This document shows, piece after piece, positions 13,657 to 25,453 of a stretch of 64,000 bases of DNA (positions are counted from its first letter, which is position 1; every line of letters starts with the position of its first letter). The position numbers were made by a program, and so were the translations under genes. The stretch is taken from NCBI GenBank assembly GCA_000708835.1, contig DF236961.1, forward strand, positions 248,001-312,000, given 5' to 3'. The notes under the pieces are model-generated. The model was not told the origin of the DNA, made no database searches, and worked only from the letters and a program-made list of their open reading frames with translations. Origin of the DNA: Klebsormidium nitens (Eukaryota > Plantae > Klebsormidiophyceae).

Positions 13657-14000
13657 NNNNNNNNNNNNNNNNNNNNNNNNNNNNNNNNNNNNNNNNNNNN
13701 NNNNNNNNNNNNNNNNNNNNNNNNNNNNNNNNNNNNNNNNNNNNNNNNNNNNNNNNNNNNNNNNNNNNNNNNNNNNNNNNNNNNNNNNNNNNNNNNNNNN
13801 NNNNNNNNNNNNNNNNNNNNNNNNNNNNNNNNNNNNNNNNNNNNNNNNNNNNNNNNNNNNNNNNNNNNNNNNNNNNNNNNNNNNNNNNNNNNNNNNNNNN
13901 NNNNNNNNNNNNNNNNNNNNNNNNNNNNNNNNNNNNNNNNNNNNNNNNNNNNNNNNNNNNNNNNNNNNNNNNNNNNNNNNNNNNNNNNNNNNNNNNNNNN
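13657..14000. other. Assembly gap (344 N)
   Basis: Run of N. Confidence 1.
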
Positions 14001-14219
14001 CTGACCATACGCATTAAAACCTATTACCCGGCCTGGGTTTGTTAGGTCCTTATACGCCGGCACCCATGTGCATGGACGGCAAGACGGTTCAGGTTGCACT
14101 GCGCGGTTTTGGAAGTCCATTTGACTCTATCCCGCGCACGTCGTGTCAGCCGTAGTCCGTCACTGTCGGGATTCGGGACATCCTTCCAGAAGTTAACCCG
14201 GGTTAGACCCACGCCCGGC

Positions 14220-17200
14220 ATGCAAGCCTGCTGCACCAGCAGAATTGAAGAAAAGGTATGAACAGTCTGGCACCCCGGGCTGATCAGCTGCAGCACCGGG
14301 ACTAGCACACCGACAAACGAAAGGGGAATCCTCGCCCCTTCCGCAGCGGATCGAGAATCGAACACACGACCTTTCAGTCCAACCCCTTCTAGTGTTAGCA
14401 GAATTGAAGAAGCTCTAGGACGTGAACTAGAACTTGAAGTTGAAGTTGAAGCATAGAGGTTCTCCGACCTCTACTACGGTAGGTCCTTGCACAAGTTGAA
14501 GAAGGCGCGCATGCAAGCCTGTTTACGGATCCGAGCTGTAGACTCAAGTATCAGAGCGTTCCTTAGAGCAGGTGTGTAGGGGCTCCTCAAAAGTCCAAGA
14601 AGGTGCGATCGCTTGTGGCAACTGCTTTTTTCTGAAGCCCTCAGCCGTGAAAGGGTGAGAGCGTTGATCCAGCTTCCGACTGGAGAACTATTGGGGCTAA
14701 GACTTCTCTTAAGTCGACTGTGGCTGCATGCCAATCAAGAAAGCTTTGCCTGCTCCGGTGGCCATTTGAATGCTTTCTTTGACTTGTTGCTAAGTGGTGG
14801 CGGAAAGAGAGGAAAGATCCTTTGCTTCAGGTATCCCTCATCAAGGTCTGACATTGCTGCTTGAGATACTTCAGGGGCAGTGACTATCTCGTGTGCTCTC
14901 AAGTTCAGCTGAGACAGGCCATCCTGGCTCCAGGATCTTGCATTTATTTTCTTTGATGCTTGGTATGATGCATATACTGGACTCGGGCTTGGCCTGTTAT
15001 GGTAAGCTGGCTGTCAGAAGGTTTGGAGGCCATCCTTATTTCCACCCCTTATGTCGTTGGAAGTTGACCGTTTTTCAATGATTGAAGACCAAGCAGGGAC
15101 TTCAACGATATTAGACTAAGGAGGCAGACTTTTCAGACACAATGATAGAGATTGGTGCGTTTCAGGCGCTTTCATACGATGGCAGTAGGAGTTTGCTGCC
15201 CAGCTTGGCTGTTCATGATATTGTCGCTTCTCTGGGTTTTATCATAGAACTGAAGTGCAGGAACTGGCCTCTTAATTGGACCAGTCTTGAATTGGGACTC
15301 AGATTTCCCCTCCCAGAAGTTATTCACTTGTCTATCGTCCAGATGTCCACTATTGACCTGATCCTTCACTTAGCAGGCCTTAACTTACAAAGGTGTTCGA
15401 CCTTGCAGGGACTGCGATGGAAGGCCAAGCGGGCGTAGCCCCTTCCGTGACTATCGACGTCCCTGCTGCGAAAGGCTACCAAGCAGATGCTTCGGCCGGT
15501 TCGGCCAACGGTCCTTCGGTAGGGATTGAGAAACATTAGACGTTTCTTGTAGGCCTTATTGTATGTGCGGGTGTGTTCCTAGCTTAGTCTATTGCCAAGT
15601 TTGAAGGAAGTTTGTCAGGTTTTTTGTAGATATGTGCAGATATGTTGATCTCACTAGGGCTTATTTTTCATTTGTTGAATGTAATCTGGGCACGGAGTCT
15701 TGCCCTTGGTTACAAGATTTGTTGTGGTGACGATTCGTCAAAACCTAAAAGTTGGACGCATTTTGCAGGAGGATGTGAGTGCATACAAGCAAGATCTGGA
15801 GTCTGCTGAACGGGAGCCATGTGACGATCTCGATGAGATGGGCTTTCTTTCTGTTAGCGGTAAGCCCTGCTGCATATTGGGAACGCTCTCCAATCAGTCC
15901 CTTGAAAACCGCTGCCATTAAACCCTTTGCAGATCTATCTTTGGACGTTTTGGAAGCATGGCCATCTCCAAAACTCCTGTCTTTTTTCAGGTACCCCTTG
16001 AGTTTATGTATAATGAGTTGAGGAACTTGGGATGTGTATAAAGAGTTGAGGAACTTGGGCGTAATGCTCTGGCTGTCAGCAACGTTTTTCATGTCTGTAC
16101 TTGTAATACACATAGTTTTGACCACGTTAGTACACATAGGCAGTCAGTCCAGGGGATTGGAAGCCAGACGCTGAAGTTCAACGATCATTATTATTATTAT
16201 TCAGCGGAACAGAAGCCAGACACTGAAGTCAACAAAACTTGCGTGGTATCAGATCTGGGAGATGTTTTCTAGATTCCGTAAAGATGCCGCCAGGTGGCGT
16301 TTTTGACGAACGAATCATGTGCCGTTACTTCGTTTCTGTACGTAAACATCTTCAACGAGATTCTTGTAACGGTTCCTCAGATGCTGTCACTCTATCGATC
16401 CCGCTTTTCTTTGTTCGAAAAAGTTACAAAACGGCGAAGGATCAAGAAACGAACAACGGTAAGGATGTGTTTGTTGGATCATTCAGGTCGGGACCTACAA
16501 GGCCGTCAAGTGGTCGTCATCATTGGGAAGCTTCTGCCCGCGGGTGCAACCTCTCGAGACCGCTTGAGAAAGTGAGCCTTGCCCTTTTGGATTCCCGCCA
16601 TCCGCTTTGACATGTGAGGCGACGAGTTTCTATTGAAAGCGAGAAGACCCACTGCACTCACTCAATCTCACTTGTCCGACAATGGAAAACTGTTCGTACT
16701 AGATCAATCTTTTGCTCGTCCGAATCGATCCGTCTTCATCTGAACGACAGTGGATTGTATAGATTCGGCCGTGGCATTTCGCAAGCTTTCGATGTTAAGG
16801 CTTTTCCGGAAAGATTGATATCACAAAAGCTCATAGGGTTTACCGCACTGCACTCGATTTGTTTTCCCAAGCAGATTGGAAGCGTTGTATTCCTCGTGTG
16901 CCCACAATTCATACGGCGACTGTTTTTCAGGCATTGATCACCATATGTGAATGACGCTGTGAGTTCGCCCTGCAGGTATGCCATACAGAAGCTGCATCCT
17001 GTCGTATCGGCGGGCAGCTACTCGATTTTGTTCGTTAACACCAATGCGACATTTCAGGTAAGAGGACGAAATTGGGGATCGTTCTTGCCTCTCCGAAATG
17101 TACGATAGCCAGGGGAGCAAGTCTTGAAATTCTCTTTAAACCGTGGCCTTTTCTCATACACTCAGCTGTGCTCGCTCAGCGCGAGGATGTGTCCAGCAGG

Positions 17201-18783
17201 GTCCCTATCAACAATCCGATTTTGTTCCACCCAGCAAATCCCGTCTCAACACTTTACAGCCATTGTCGCTTGGTTCTGTCTCAACCCAACTCGTCTGTCC
17301 ATCTATCAGACCCCTTAGAACTTCCAGTTTTTGTCCAGGAAAAACCCGCTCGGTTTGTCCTAATCGGTCTCTATCTCCTCAAAGCATTCAATCTTAACCT
17401 TTTCGTCCGCGCTCAAGCGAACTCCCGGGCGTCCTCTGTCTCATTGAGTCATTAACCCCTCTCATTAACTTTCTAAAGAACTTCTCGAGCTAGTCATCTT
17501 AACCCTCTTTTTAACCACCCAGGCAAACTTCCCGGGCGTCCTCTGGCTCCGTTGCATGTAAAGTTTATGTAGTCAACTCAACCTCCTTGATAACCACCCC
17601 AAAAACCTCCCCGGAGGTGTCCTCTGGCTTCGTTTCACACATCCTACATTGTTTTTAATCTTGACCCCTTCCTTAACCACCCAGGCAAATTCCCCGGGCG
17701 TCCTTTGGCTCCGTTCCACGTTCGAGGCCCTCCCTTCCATGTACCGGGCACAGCTCGGGGCAGTCTATTGCCTACACCCTACCTTGGGGCTGCGCCTAGT
17801 GCTCGCCGCGGTCGCGCCTTGGATGAGTCAAGGGCTCTGGCAAAAGCTGGTGAGTGCCACGTGGCAGGACGTTTTGGGCGCCGTGTGCTGTCTAAAGCGG
17901 TAAGTTCCTTGATGGAACGGAGCGTGTACCGTACCAGCGTTTATTTGCGTCTAGAAATGACCAGTAAGGTCGCCGGAAAAGTTCAGGAATGTATGTAAGA
18001 TGGTACTGGATTGATAACGGTGCTTTTTAGCAGGTAACATTGGGTCTGGCGGACTCTTGAAATGTTTCATGAAGAAGTTTCTGGCGTCGAATCGACGAAG
18101 ATAGACCTTGTTACGGTGTTTGCTTTCGCCACCTGAAGGACATCGTCAGGGGTCACGTAGGGGAAGGTAGTTATTTTCGGCTCGCAAGCACAAGCTTTAT
18201 GAGGCTGGCAATAGCTCTTTCGGACTTTGGCTTCAATGGACCGTGTTTCGCACGCTGCCTTTTTTTTGCGTCCTGCAGAGTCGTCGTTGATATCTTTTGA
18301 GGAGCGCGAACTGAAAGTCGGGCGATGCTCAAGACTTGTGTGCTTGACAAAGTCACCCTTGATTTCAAACAAGCCCTCAGACGGAGCGCGATATGGACGC
18401 AAACCGCTCTCGTGTGCACTTTCTCGGGGGTAACACGACACTCGATCCGGTTTTTAGATTTCCTAAACACGACATATCGAGAGCCGCTTAAGCGCGTTCG
18501 TTCAGAGCATCAACCCCTCTTCTTGCCAATTGACTGACGTCCTGTCGCGCTTTTCCCGACTTAGGTATACGTCAGCCGAGTGGAATTCCTCTTGGAACAC
18601 GTGGCAGCCGGACAGGTCGCCCTGCCCGACTTTGTCCTGGAGCACGACCAAGAACTAGAGGGGCGGCCTTTGATGGACTACGGCGTGGAAGCGGACGGCG
18701 ACCAAGCGGCCATGTTTAGGAGCGCCACCGAGGGGGTGCCTGAATTGAGAGAACCGTTGGGAGTTTATCATGGGGCAGGATGA
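14220..18783 (+). CDS. CRAL-TRIO_2/BCH-domain protein (plant GDAP2-like, At4g35750/At3g10210-type); first exon tentative
   Basis: Well supported exons 15769-15859, 16487-16571, 16976-17057, 17685-17849, 18565-18783 join in phase: LDEMGFLSVSGRDLQGRQVVVIIGKLLP...YAIQKLHP...VYCLHPTLGLRL...VYVSRVEFL...LPDFVLEHDQELEGRPLMDYGVE. Exon 14220-14255 (MQACCTSRIEEK, phase 0, GTATGA donor) is only a guess at the start. Confidence 0.85.
17411..17720 (+). repeat. Four degenerate tandem copies (~80-105 bp period) of the CRAL-TRIO exon 17685 acceptor junction
   Basis: Motif TAACCACCCAG|GCAAAY..CCCGGGCGTCCTYTGGCTCCGTT recurs with exon-start equivalents at ~17417, 17523, ~17603 and 17685 (functional). Confidence 0.9.
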
Positions 18784-20443
18784 GTTTCATGTTGTACAGG
18801 GGTTTGACATTTTTGAACGGTTCATTTGGTAGTGTCTTATGTATCTGTACAGCATGTCAGCACTTTGAGTGGACCGAGTTGTCATTTTTCTTGTCGTCTG
18901 TACATTCATGCCGGAAGGTCGACACGGAGGAGATGAGTTGTCGTGATTTTGAAAGCATAGCTGTAGCGAACTCGCTTCCGAGTAAGCCGTTTCGGAAGCC
19001 CGAACTTAGGCCACAAGGCGTGTGGAGGTTGCAGAGAGTCCATTGGCTGCTGTCGTGACCCAGATTGAATCGAGAAAAGTGACGGAAAGTTTCATGCCGG
19101 AAAGAGTTGACATCGGCCCAGTTGTGAGAGAACCGCTCAAGTGAAGCCGAGACGTATGTACAATGACTGAAATGCAACCCAGCCGGCTGGTACTGCGACT
19201 TCAATTCCCTCACTGACCCTTTGTTGGGAAAGGCAGTCGCTCTAGTAGAGACGCCATGGCCGTAGGTCTGCCTTTGCAAGACATGATTTTTTCGCAATAT
19301 AGATTCGATGATCAATAGATGGATATGCAATTTGATAATGATCTAGATTCGGCCGTCTCAAGTGCCCAATTGCATATGTGGACGCTCGCCGCGGGGCCGC
19401 CGGCTGCAAGGATAATCAACGGGTTAATAGTTAATTCACATAAGGATCGCAATCGCAGTAACAAATCGCAACGCAGTGCCGGATGTGGCGCGTAATTGCT
19501 GACCATGCGAAGAGTCTTGTCAAGCATCGACTCTGCAGGACGACATGCAAAAGGTGCTAGAGAATCCTTTGCATCAGAGCTCCCGTTGGCGTTCATCGGA
19601 ATCCCAATGGCGTTCGATCGCCACACTGGGTCAGTGGAGTTAATCTGCATGCGATGCATATGAAACATAAGCCTGATGCGGAGTTGCGTGCCCGTTCGGC
19701 GACAAATCTACTACTTTATCAAAAGTCAGCCAGATGCATTAGCTGGCACGCATATGTACGCATGGCCGCGCTCAATCGCATGCCAGACTAACAGTCCGCC
19801 GCGCGCGCCATGTGCGTAACCTGCATTGATCGAACCACTTATGATCGAACATGGAGCTTGCAAGTTCGGACATGCAACTTGAACATGTTCGGAGCGCCTG
19901 GTCATCCCGTCCGCCCGGGCAGCAGCTCATGCAGCGATGCGATGCATGGGCATGATATATATCGTGAACTTAGTATTCAATTAACTCTTGACGATGCTTC
20001 TGAGATTGTATCCCTGCGGAATACTAGCCTCCGCCTCTTCTGCTTGCGCTTTCAAGACATGGTCCTTTTTCAGATTTGCGGTCCCAATTGTCACTTCTAT
20101 ATCGCAGGCATCGTGATCACTTCGTTGGCCTTTCGGCTCATTACAGCTCAGGTGTCCTTTCAACGAAAACGCACTCCTCAGCAGTTTGCTTATCCACAGC
20201 TAGTATACAAGTTTCCGCAAGAAATCTGACAGAACTTCTGCGCGCGTCACTGCTGACTGGCCCTGATGTTTTTTGTACACTAAAAAGCTAGCACTCGAAC
20301 GCCGCTGCGAAGGTTTGTCGTGAGGCTATGCCAAAAAGGCCGCAAAGAGATATTTACACTCAGTTCTATCTACAATCCGCCGTTGCCAGGTTCGCCAAAA
20401 CCCGAGCCTGACTGACCTATCAAAAGAAGTAAGCCAAAGCTTC

Positions 20444-23400
20444 TCACATCCTGATTGAGTCTGTCATCTGCCCTGTTAACTCTATCCCCTCCTCCGAAAC
20501 CGCCTCCCGCGCTATATACTTCCGCCCCCACGCAAGCGTCCCGTCCTCATACGCGTTATGCGTCATCCTCGTGAGATTTGACCCGTCAACGTTAACGACG
20601 TAAACCTCCCCGTACGGCTGAAACTGCCTGGGGTAAACCACCGGTTCCGCCGAAACCCACGCCAAATCGCTTGCGAACGTAACCCGGTTTGAGTCGGGGC
20701 TGAACGCCGGGTGGTTCGCCCGGCCGCCGTGCGCGTCAACCAGCTTCCTTAACCCGGATCCGTCCGGCCTAACCACGTAAACGTCAAACCCCCCTTTCCC
20801 CGGGTTATCTCGATCGGAGGAGAACGCGATCCACTCCCCCGAGGGCGCCCAGTTGGGCATCGTATCGTCCCAGGGGCCTGAAGTGAGCCGGAAAACACCC
20901 CCCCGATCGCCGTCTACCGCGCTCATTATGTACAGGTTCTTGTAACCGGACCGGCTCGAGCGGAAGACCACTCGCGCGCCGTCGGGGGACGCCGACGGGA
21001 AGGCGTTGTTGCCCGTGCCGGGCGACGTCAGCACGGTGACGTCAGCGCTCGCCTCGCTGACGTCAGACTTCGCCATCTTCCCCACTTCGTGCGCTCCGCT
21101 AAGCTTCCCCCCGTCTTGCTCTCCAGATACTTCATCCCCTTGCTTCTCCCTTGTCATTCTTTCTCCGTTCGTCTCTCTTGGAACTTCCTCCCCTTTCTCC
21201 TCACCCGAAAAGAGCCCAACTTTCTTTTCTCCGGAAACTTCAGTGTTTTGCTCGCCCGAAAAGCTCCCCCCCACCTTGACCTTTGCGATCCGCACCTCCG
21301 TTCGTTCGCTCGCGAAAATCGGCCCCTCGCTGTAGAGAATCTCGCCATCGCCCCAGGACAGTCCGAACGCGGGCGCGAGGACGACGGTCCGCCGGTTCGT
21401 ACCGTCCGAATTCACGACCACGATCTCACCGTTTTCCGCCCCCATGTTGTGAATCGTCGCGAGCTGGGAACCGTCCTGACTGAAAGCCGGAAAGGCGCCT
21501 TCCACTCGCAAAAGAGAGATTCCAGGATCGGGGGACTGGACGGATTCCACGTTTGGGACCGTCAAGGATGCGTCGGGTTTGATTACCTGCGCCCGGACAC
21601 TCTCTCCTTTGAGGAGTTCTTTTTGCTGGCATTTGCTGCCCGGGGCCGACGAAGGCGCGCTCTCTTCGCCAGTGTGAACACCCCCGTCGGGAGGCGCCCG
21701 GTGCACGGGACACCCGGGGAATTGCCCCTTCACACTGCCCCTTCCTCTTCTCGCATCCTCGTTCGGAACCAGCACCCATTCTCCCTCTTCCACTCGTGCA
21801 CCCTCCCAACCTTCTCCCGCTTCACTCTCCCCGGTTCCCCCCCTTGCTTTCGCCCGCGAACCAGCCCCCCTGCTGCGGTGGTACCCGACTCGTTTGCCGT
21901 CCGGAGAAAAGAACGGGCCGTAGTGGTGCGCGTCGGAAGTCACGGGTTGGGTCAGCGGTGTGAATGCGCCCGTAACTAGGTTGAGCAGCTCGATGTGGCG
22001 ATACTCGGAGCCTTTTCTCCGCGTCGCGACCGCCAGCCATTGTCCCGACGGGTGAACCGCGGGAGTCACGGCGTGCATGCCAGGTGGCGTCACCCGGACC
22101 TCGCTGGCGTCACCTTGGGCGGGTGACGTGGCGACCGGGGGAATCTGTCAAGGGGTGACAGAAGTAAGTGCGTCAAAGTTTGTTAAGAAATTTAAACTGG
22201 GTAGGTAAGAACGGCAGGTCGCTCATCGATCTGACTGAAACGCACAACTCCTTCGGGAAGGATCCTGCAAGGAAAGTGTGAATAAAGCCCGATTCTGTCC
22301 TTCATTGTTTCTCACACTTACAGGATTTGATGCCCCGGGTAGCCTCTCAATAGAGCGAACGCCTTCCCAGGTGAGCTAAGTAAAGACGAGGAGTCGGATT
22401 TAAACGAGACCTGGCTTTCCATAACCACATGGTTTTCAAGTATCGGACCTTTCCAAGATACAGTTGCTGGTTATTTCCATTCGAGGCCCCGTGCATCTTT
22501 CTTCTGCCTCAACCGATCGACCAGCACTGTCCAAGCGGAGCCATCAGAACGTTTTCAGATCTAAGACGGATCAGAATTGCGCTTCTGCCTCTTTTCAATC
22601 TGACAGCCAACAGATCGACCCTCCACTATGATTATGAATTCACTATACTTCGCGCAATGTCCAAAGAACCAGAGCATGAACGTACACCGTATAACAAGCT
22701 GCCTCTCTATTGTGAAGATCTGAGGATCTGAAGAACAGATTCGTAATGACCAGGCCTGCTAAAGTTCAAATGCAGAAGATGAGCCCCTCAATCTCTATTT
22801 CAGGCGCTAAATCCGAACAGGCCTTCGAAATTCGATCCATCTCCTCCGACTGGTCGGCCGCCCGTTTGTCAATCGCTGAAAACGCCTTCTTTATACCTTC
22901 GAAGAGAGTTCGAAAGAACGGTGGCAAGAGCGTTTTGAAGATTACGCTCTGTCTTAGCGCGGAAAGGCCCGTTGAAACGATGGTTAGCAACCAAGAAGCT
23001 TCTGATATGCATAAAAGAATGCGTGGCCCTTACCTGTGTCTTGAAGATGCTCCACCACCCGTCCTCGCACTTGCGATGAAAATACACCCCCTTCGAGTCC
23101 GGTGTGAATGCCGGCCAACCGCCATTGCGCGCCAGGTGGCGGCGCGAGGACCCATCTTCCAGGTCGAAGACGACGACGTCGAAAGTGTAGGGCTCCGACA
23201 CATGAAGGCTGCCTGGGCCTGCACAAAATAATGAGGGTTGATCCGAATTCCGTTTTACAGCCGCTTGCACTATCTGGAGGAAATTTTTGGAGGTATTATC
23301 AGTAAAAGTTTCTTTTGCACGTTTGCATTTTATCAATATGACACATTAGTTGAGCATCATTAGATCGGTCGATGTGTTTGTCCGTCCAGTTGCACTCATT

Positions 23401-25453
23401 CTTCGGTGGCGTCGAACATCTGCGTATGTATGGAGGAGAGCTTTCCCGAGTACCATGGCAAGGGGGAGTAAAACCAGCCTCAGGCGTTTTGACGGGGCGA
23501 ACATGCAGTACAGCAGTATTTCAGTCCTTTCTCAAGCCGCTTAGGAGCGCAGTCCGTTCCTCGCATAGATCAACCTTATTACGCACAAAGCGGACGCCTA
23601 TTCTTTCAGTTTGTGAGACGACGTAATCGAGGCGCCACAATTGTCTAGATACCCAGTCTGGAGAAGTAGAACATACTCAAGTCTCGTCCCAGCGAGCGTA
23701 ATCAGAGGTTTACCAAAAACTGAGCAACTCGACCTTCCTTCTAAATTTCCGAAGATTGGGGTCATCGTGTCTGTTTCTTTGAATCAGGAGACCTATTCCG
23801 TGGGCTTTCGATCTCGAAAAAGTTCGTCTGTTCGTTCGTTTGGTTCGTTTGTTCACCTGGCTGAGTGGCGGCTGCGACCAGTCTCCCATCAGGCGACACT
23901 GCCGGGCTGAAGTCAGCGCTTCCCTTTGGGGTCAATCGGCGCACGGAGCCGGTCGCTTGGTCCATCCGATACACGGCACTCCAGCTCTGCGCAAGATCGG
24001 GGTAAAACTTGACTCTGTTGCTCACGAAAACGGCTGCCGCCTTTCTTCATACAAGCTGCCACTTGATGCAATCTGTAGCAACAACCCTGTCACTCACAAG
24101 CATGATGCCCAGAGCCTTCTGTGCATTCCTTACTTTGTATCGATTTGACGGACGCAAAGTCGAAGAACACAGGTTCACAAAAGAGAGCATTTTGCAGTGA
24201 CTCCAGAGCTACAAAATTTCAGGTCAACTAACTGACCTAACTTTGAGTTACCAGTCTTCCCCCCATTATGTGCCCTCACCGATTTTCTTGAGACTCATAA
24301 GCAAGCCACATGTCTCCTGTTGCAACCGCCCTTTCACTCCGAGGCCTCTAAGCAGTGTATTGGGCAATCAAGCAGGAAAACACTCGCCGTACTGCCCCTT
24401 TCATTTAACAAACTCAAGCTGGAAAAGGGCAAGGGACAAAAGAATACTCCATTTCACCACGAGGTCGACCTGCAAACTCCTTTCGGAAGATGGACAGATT
24501 TCGTCCCTCGAACAGTTATTCAGAATTCCTCCCTCATACAGCTATACAGAATCCCTCCACCATTAAACACAGCAGTAGAGGTTTCCACTTACCAGATGCG
24601 CCTTGCCTGAGTCCTCCCTGGTCGACGAAAAGACCAACTGCCCGCCATCCGGTGTCATGCCTGGCCGGTCCTCCATACAGAACCCGTCCGTCAGCGCTAC
24701 CACCTGCGCACAATCACTGACCTCCCCACCATCGCTCATCTCACCACCACTCATAATTACCCCGCTTATATCCATGCCCCTTGTCTCACCACTGCTTACA
24801 TCGCCACTTCTCACGTTTTCACTGCTTATTTGACCACCGCTCACATTGCCGGTCTTGTGCGCAATCAGTTCGCTGACATTGTCGCCTCCGCCTGCTGCCC
24901 ACTTGCTTTCCTTCTGGCTACTTGCTGTCAATTGGGCAGTATTCTCTTCCGGGGGGATCTTGACTGTGGTGGCATAGATGCTGGGGGATCCCCCTCGCTC
25001 CGACACAAACACAAGCCCCAAGACTGGGTCCCGGCCATCGTCTTCCAGGCGCATGCGCCCAATTGACGCAGCTGAAAGCGTCTCTCTGTTGTCAGCTGTG
25101 TGCTTTTCCCGGGGCTTTCCCCCAACCGCATGTTTTAGCCAGCGGTCAACCACTGCCCCAGGCACAAAGTGCCCATTGAAATTCACCGATTGCCCATCGG
25201 TGTGCTTCAGCTCAGGGCTCGAGCGGCCGCCCCAGTGTCTCTCTTCCGAAGACCACAAACTTTCTGGTTCCAGAAGTGGTTGTGCAAGTGAGCTTTGAGT
25301 ACTGGGCGCCTGTGTTTCTGCGGCCCTGTCACTTGATGGTTTCTGATTGGTGGAGCCGTTCCACAGTGGAAAAGGAAGGGAGAAGATGTCAAAGCCGTAC
25401 TGCGGCCTGCCGACTGTCGCAAACGCAATGCTGCCGCCCCGGCCCTCCATCAT
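20444..25453 (-). CDS. TolB-like / PD40 (DPP6 N-terminal-like) beta-propeller protein, ~958 aa
   Basis: Exons 25453-24593, 23986-23857, 23218-23034, 22144-20444 in phase; in-frame TAG upstream of the ATG. SIAFATVGRPQYGFDIF, TDGQSVNFNGHF, ADFSPAVSPDG, GGWPAF, NNAFPSASPDG..VVFRSSRSGYKNLYIM, RLTSGPWDDTMPNWAPSGEWIAFSSDR, QFQPYGE match plant At4g01870/At1g21680-type proteins. Confidence 0.92.

Noticed and set aside
13551-14120. Three long ORFs in the ORF track
   Set aside because: Artefacts of translating the N gap.
18857-20229. ORFs of 157, 118 and 139 aa between the CRAL-TRIO and TolB-like genes
   Set aside because: No recognisable domain, no consistent splice chain, no coding-like codon bias.
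21089-21979. 296-aa plus-strand ORF and neighbours
   Set aside because: Antisense shadow of the GC-rich TolB-like last exon; no recognisable domain.
20444-25453. Recent horizontal transfer of the TolB-like gene from bacteria
   Set aside because: It has spliceosomal introns and plant-type motifs; any bacterial origin would be ancient and cannot be judged from this window.
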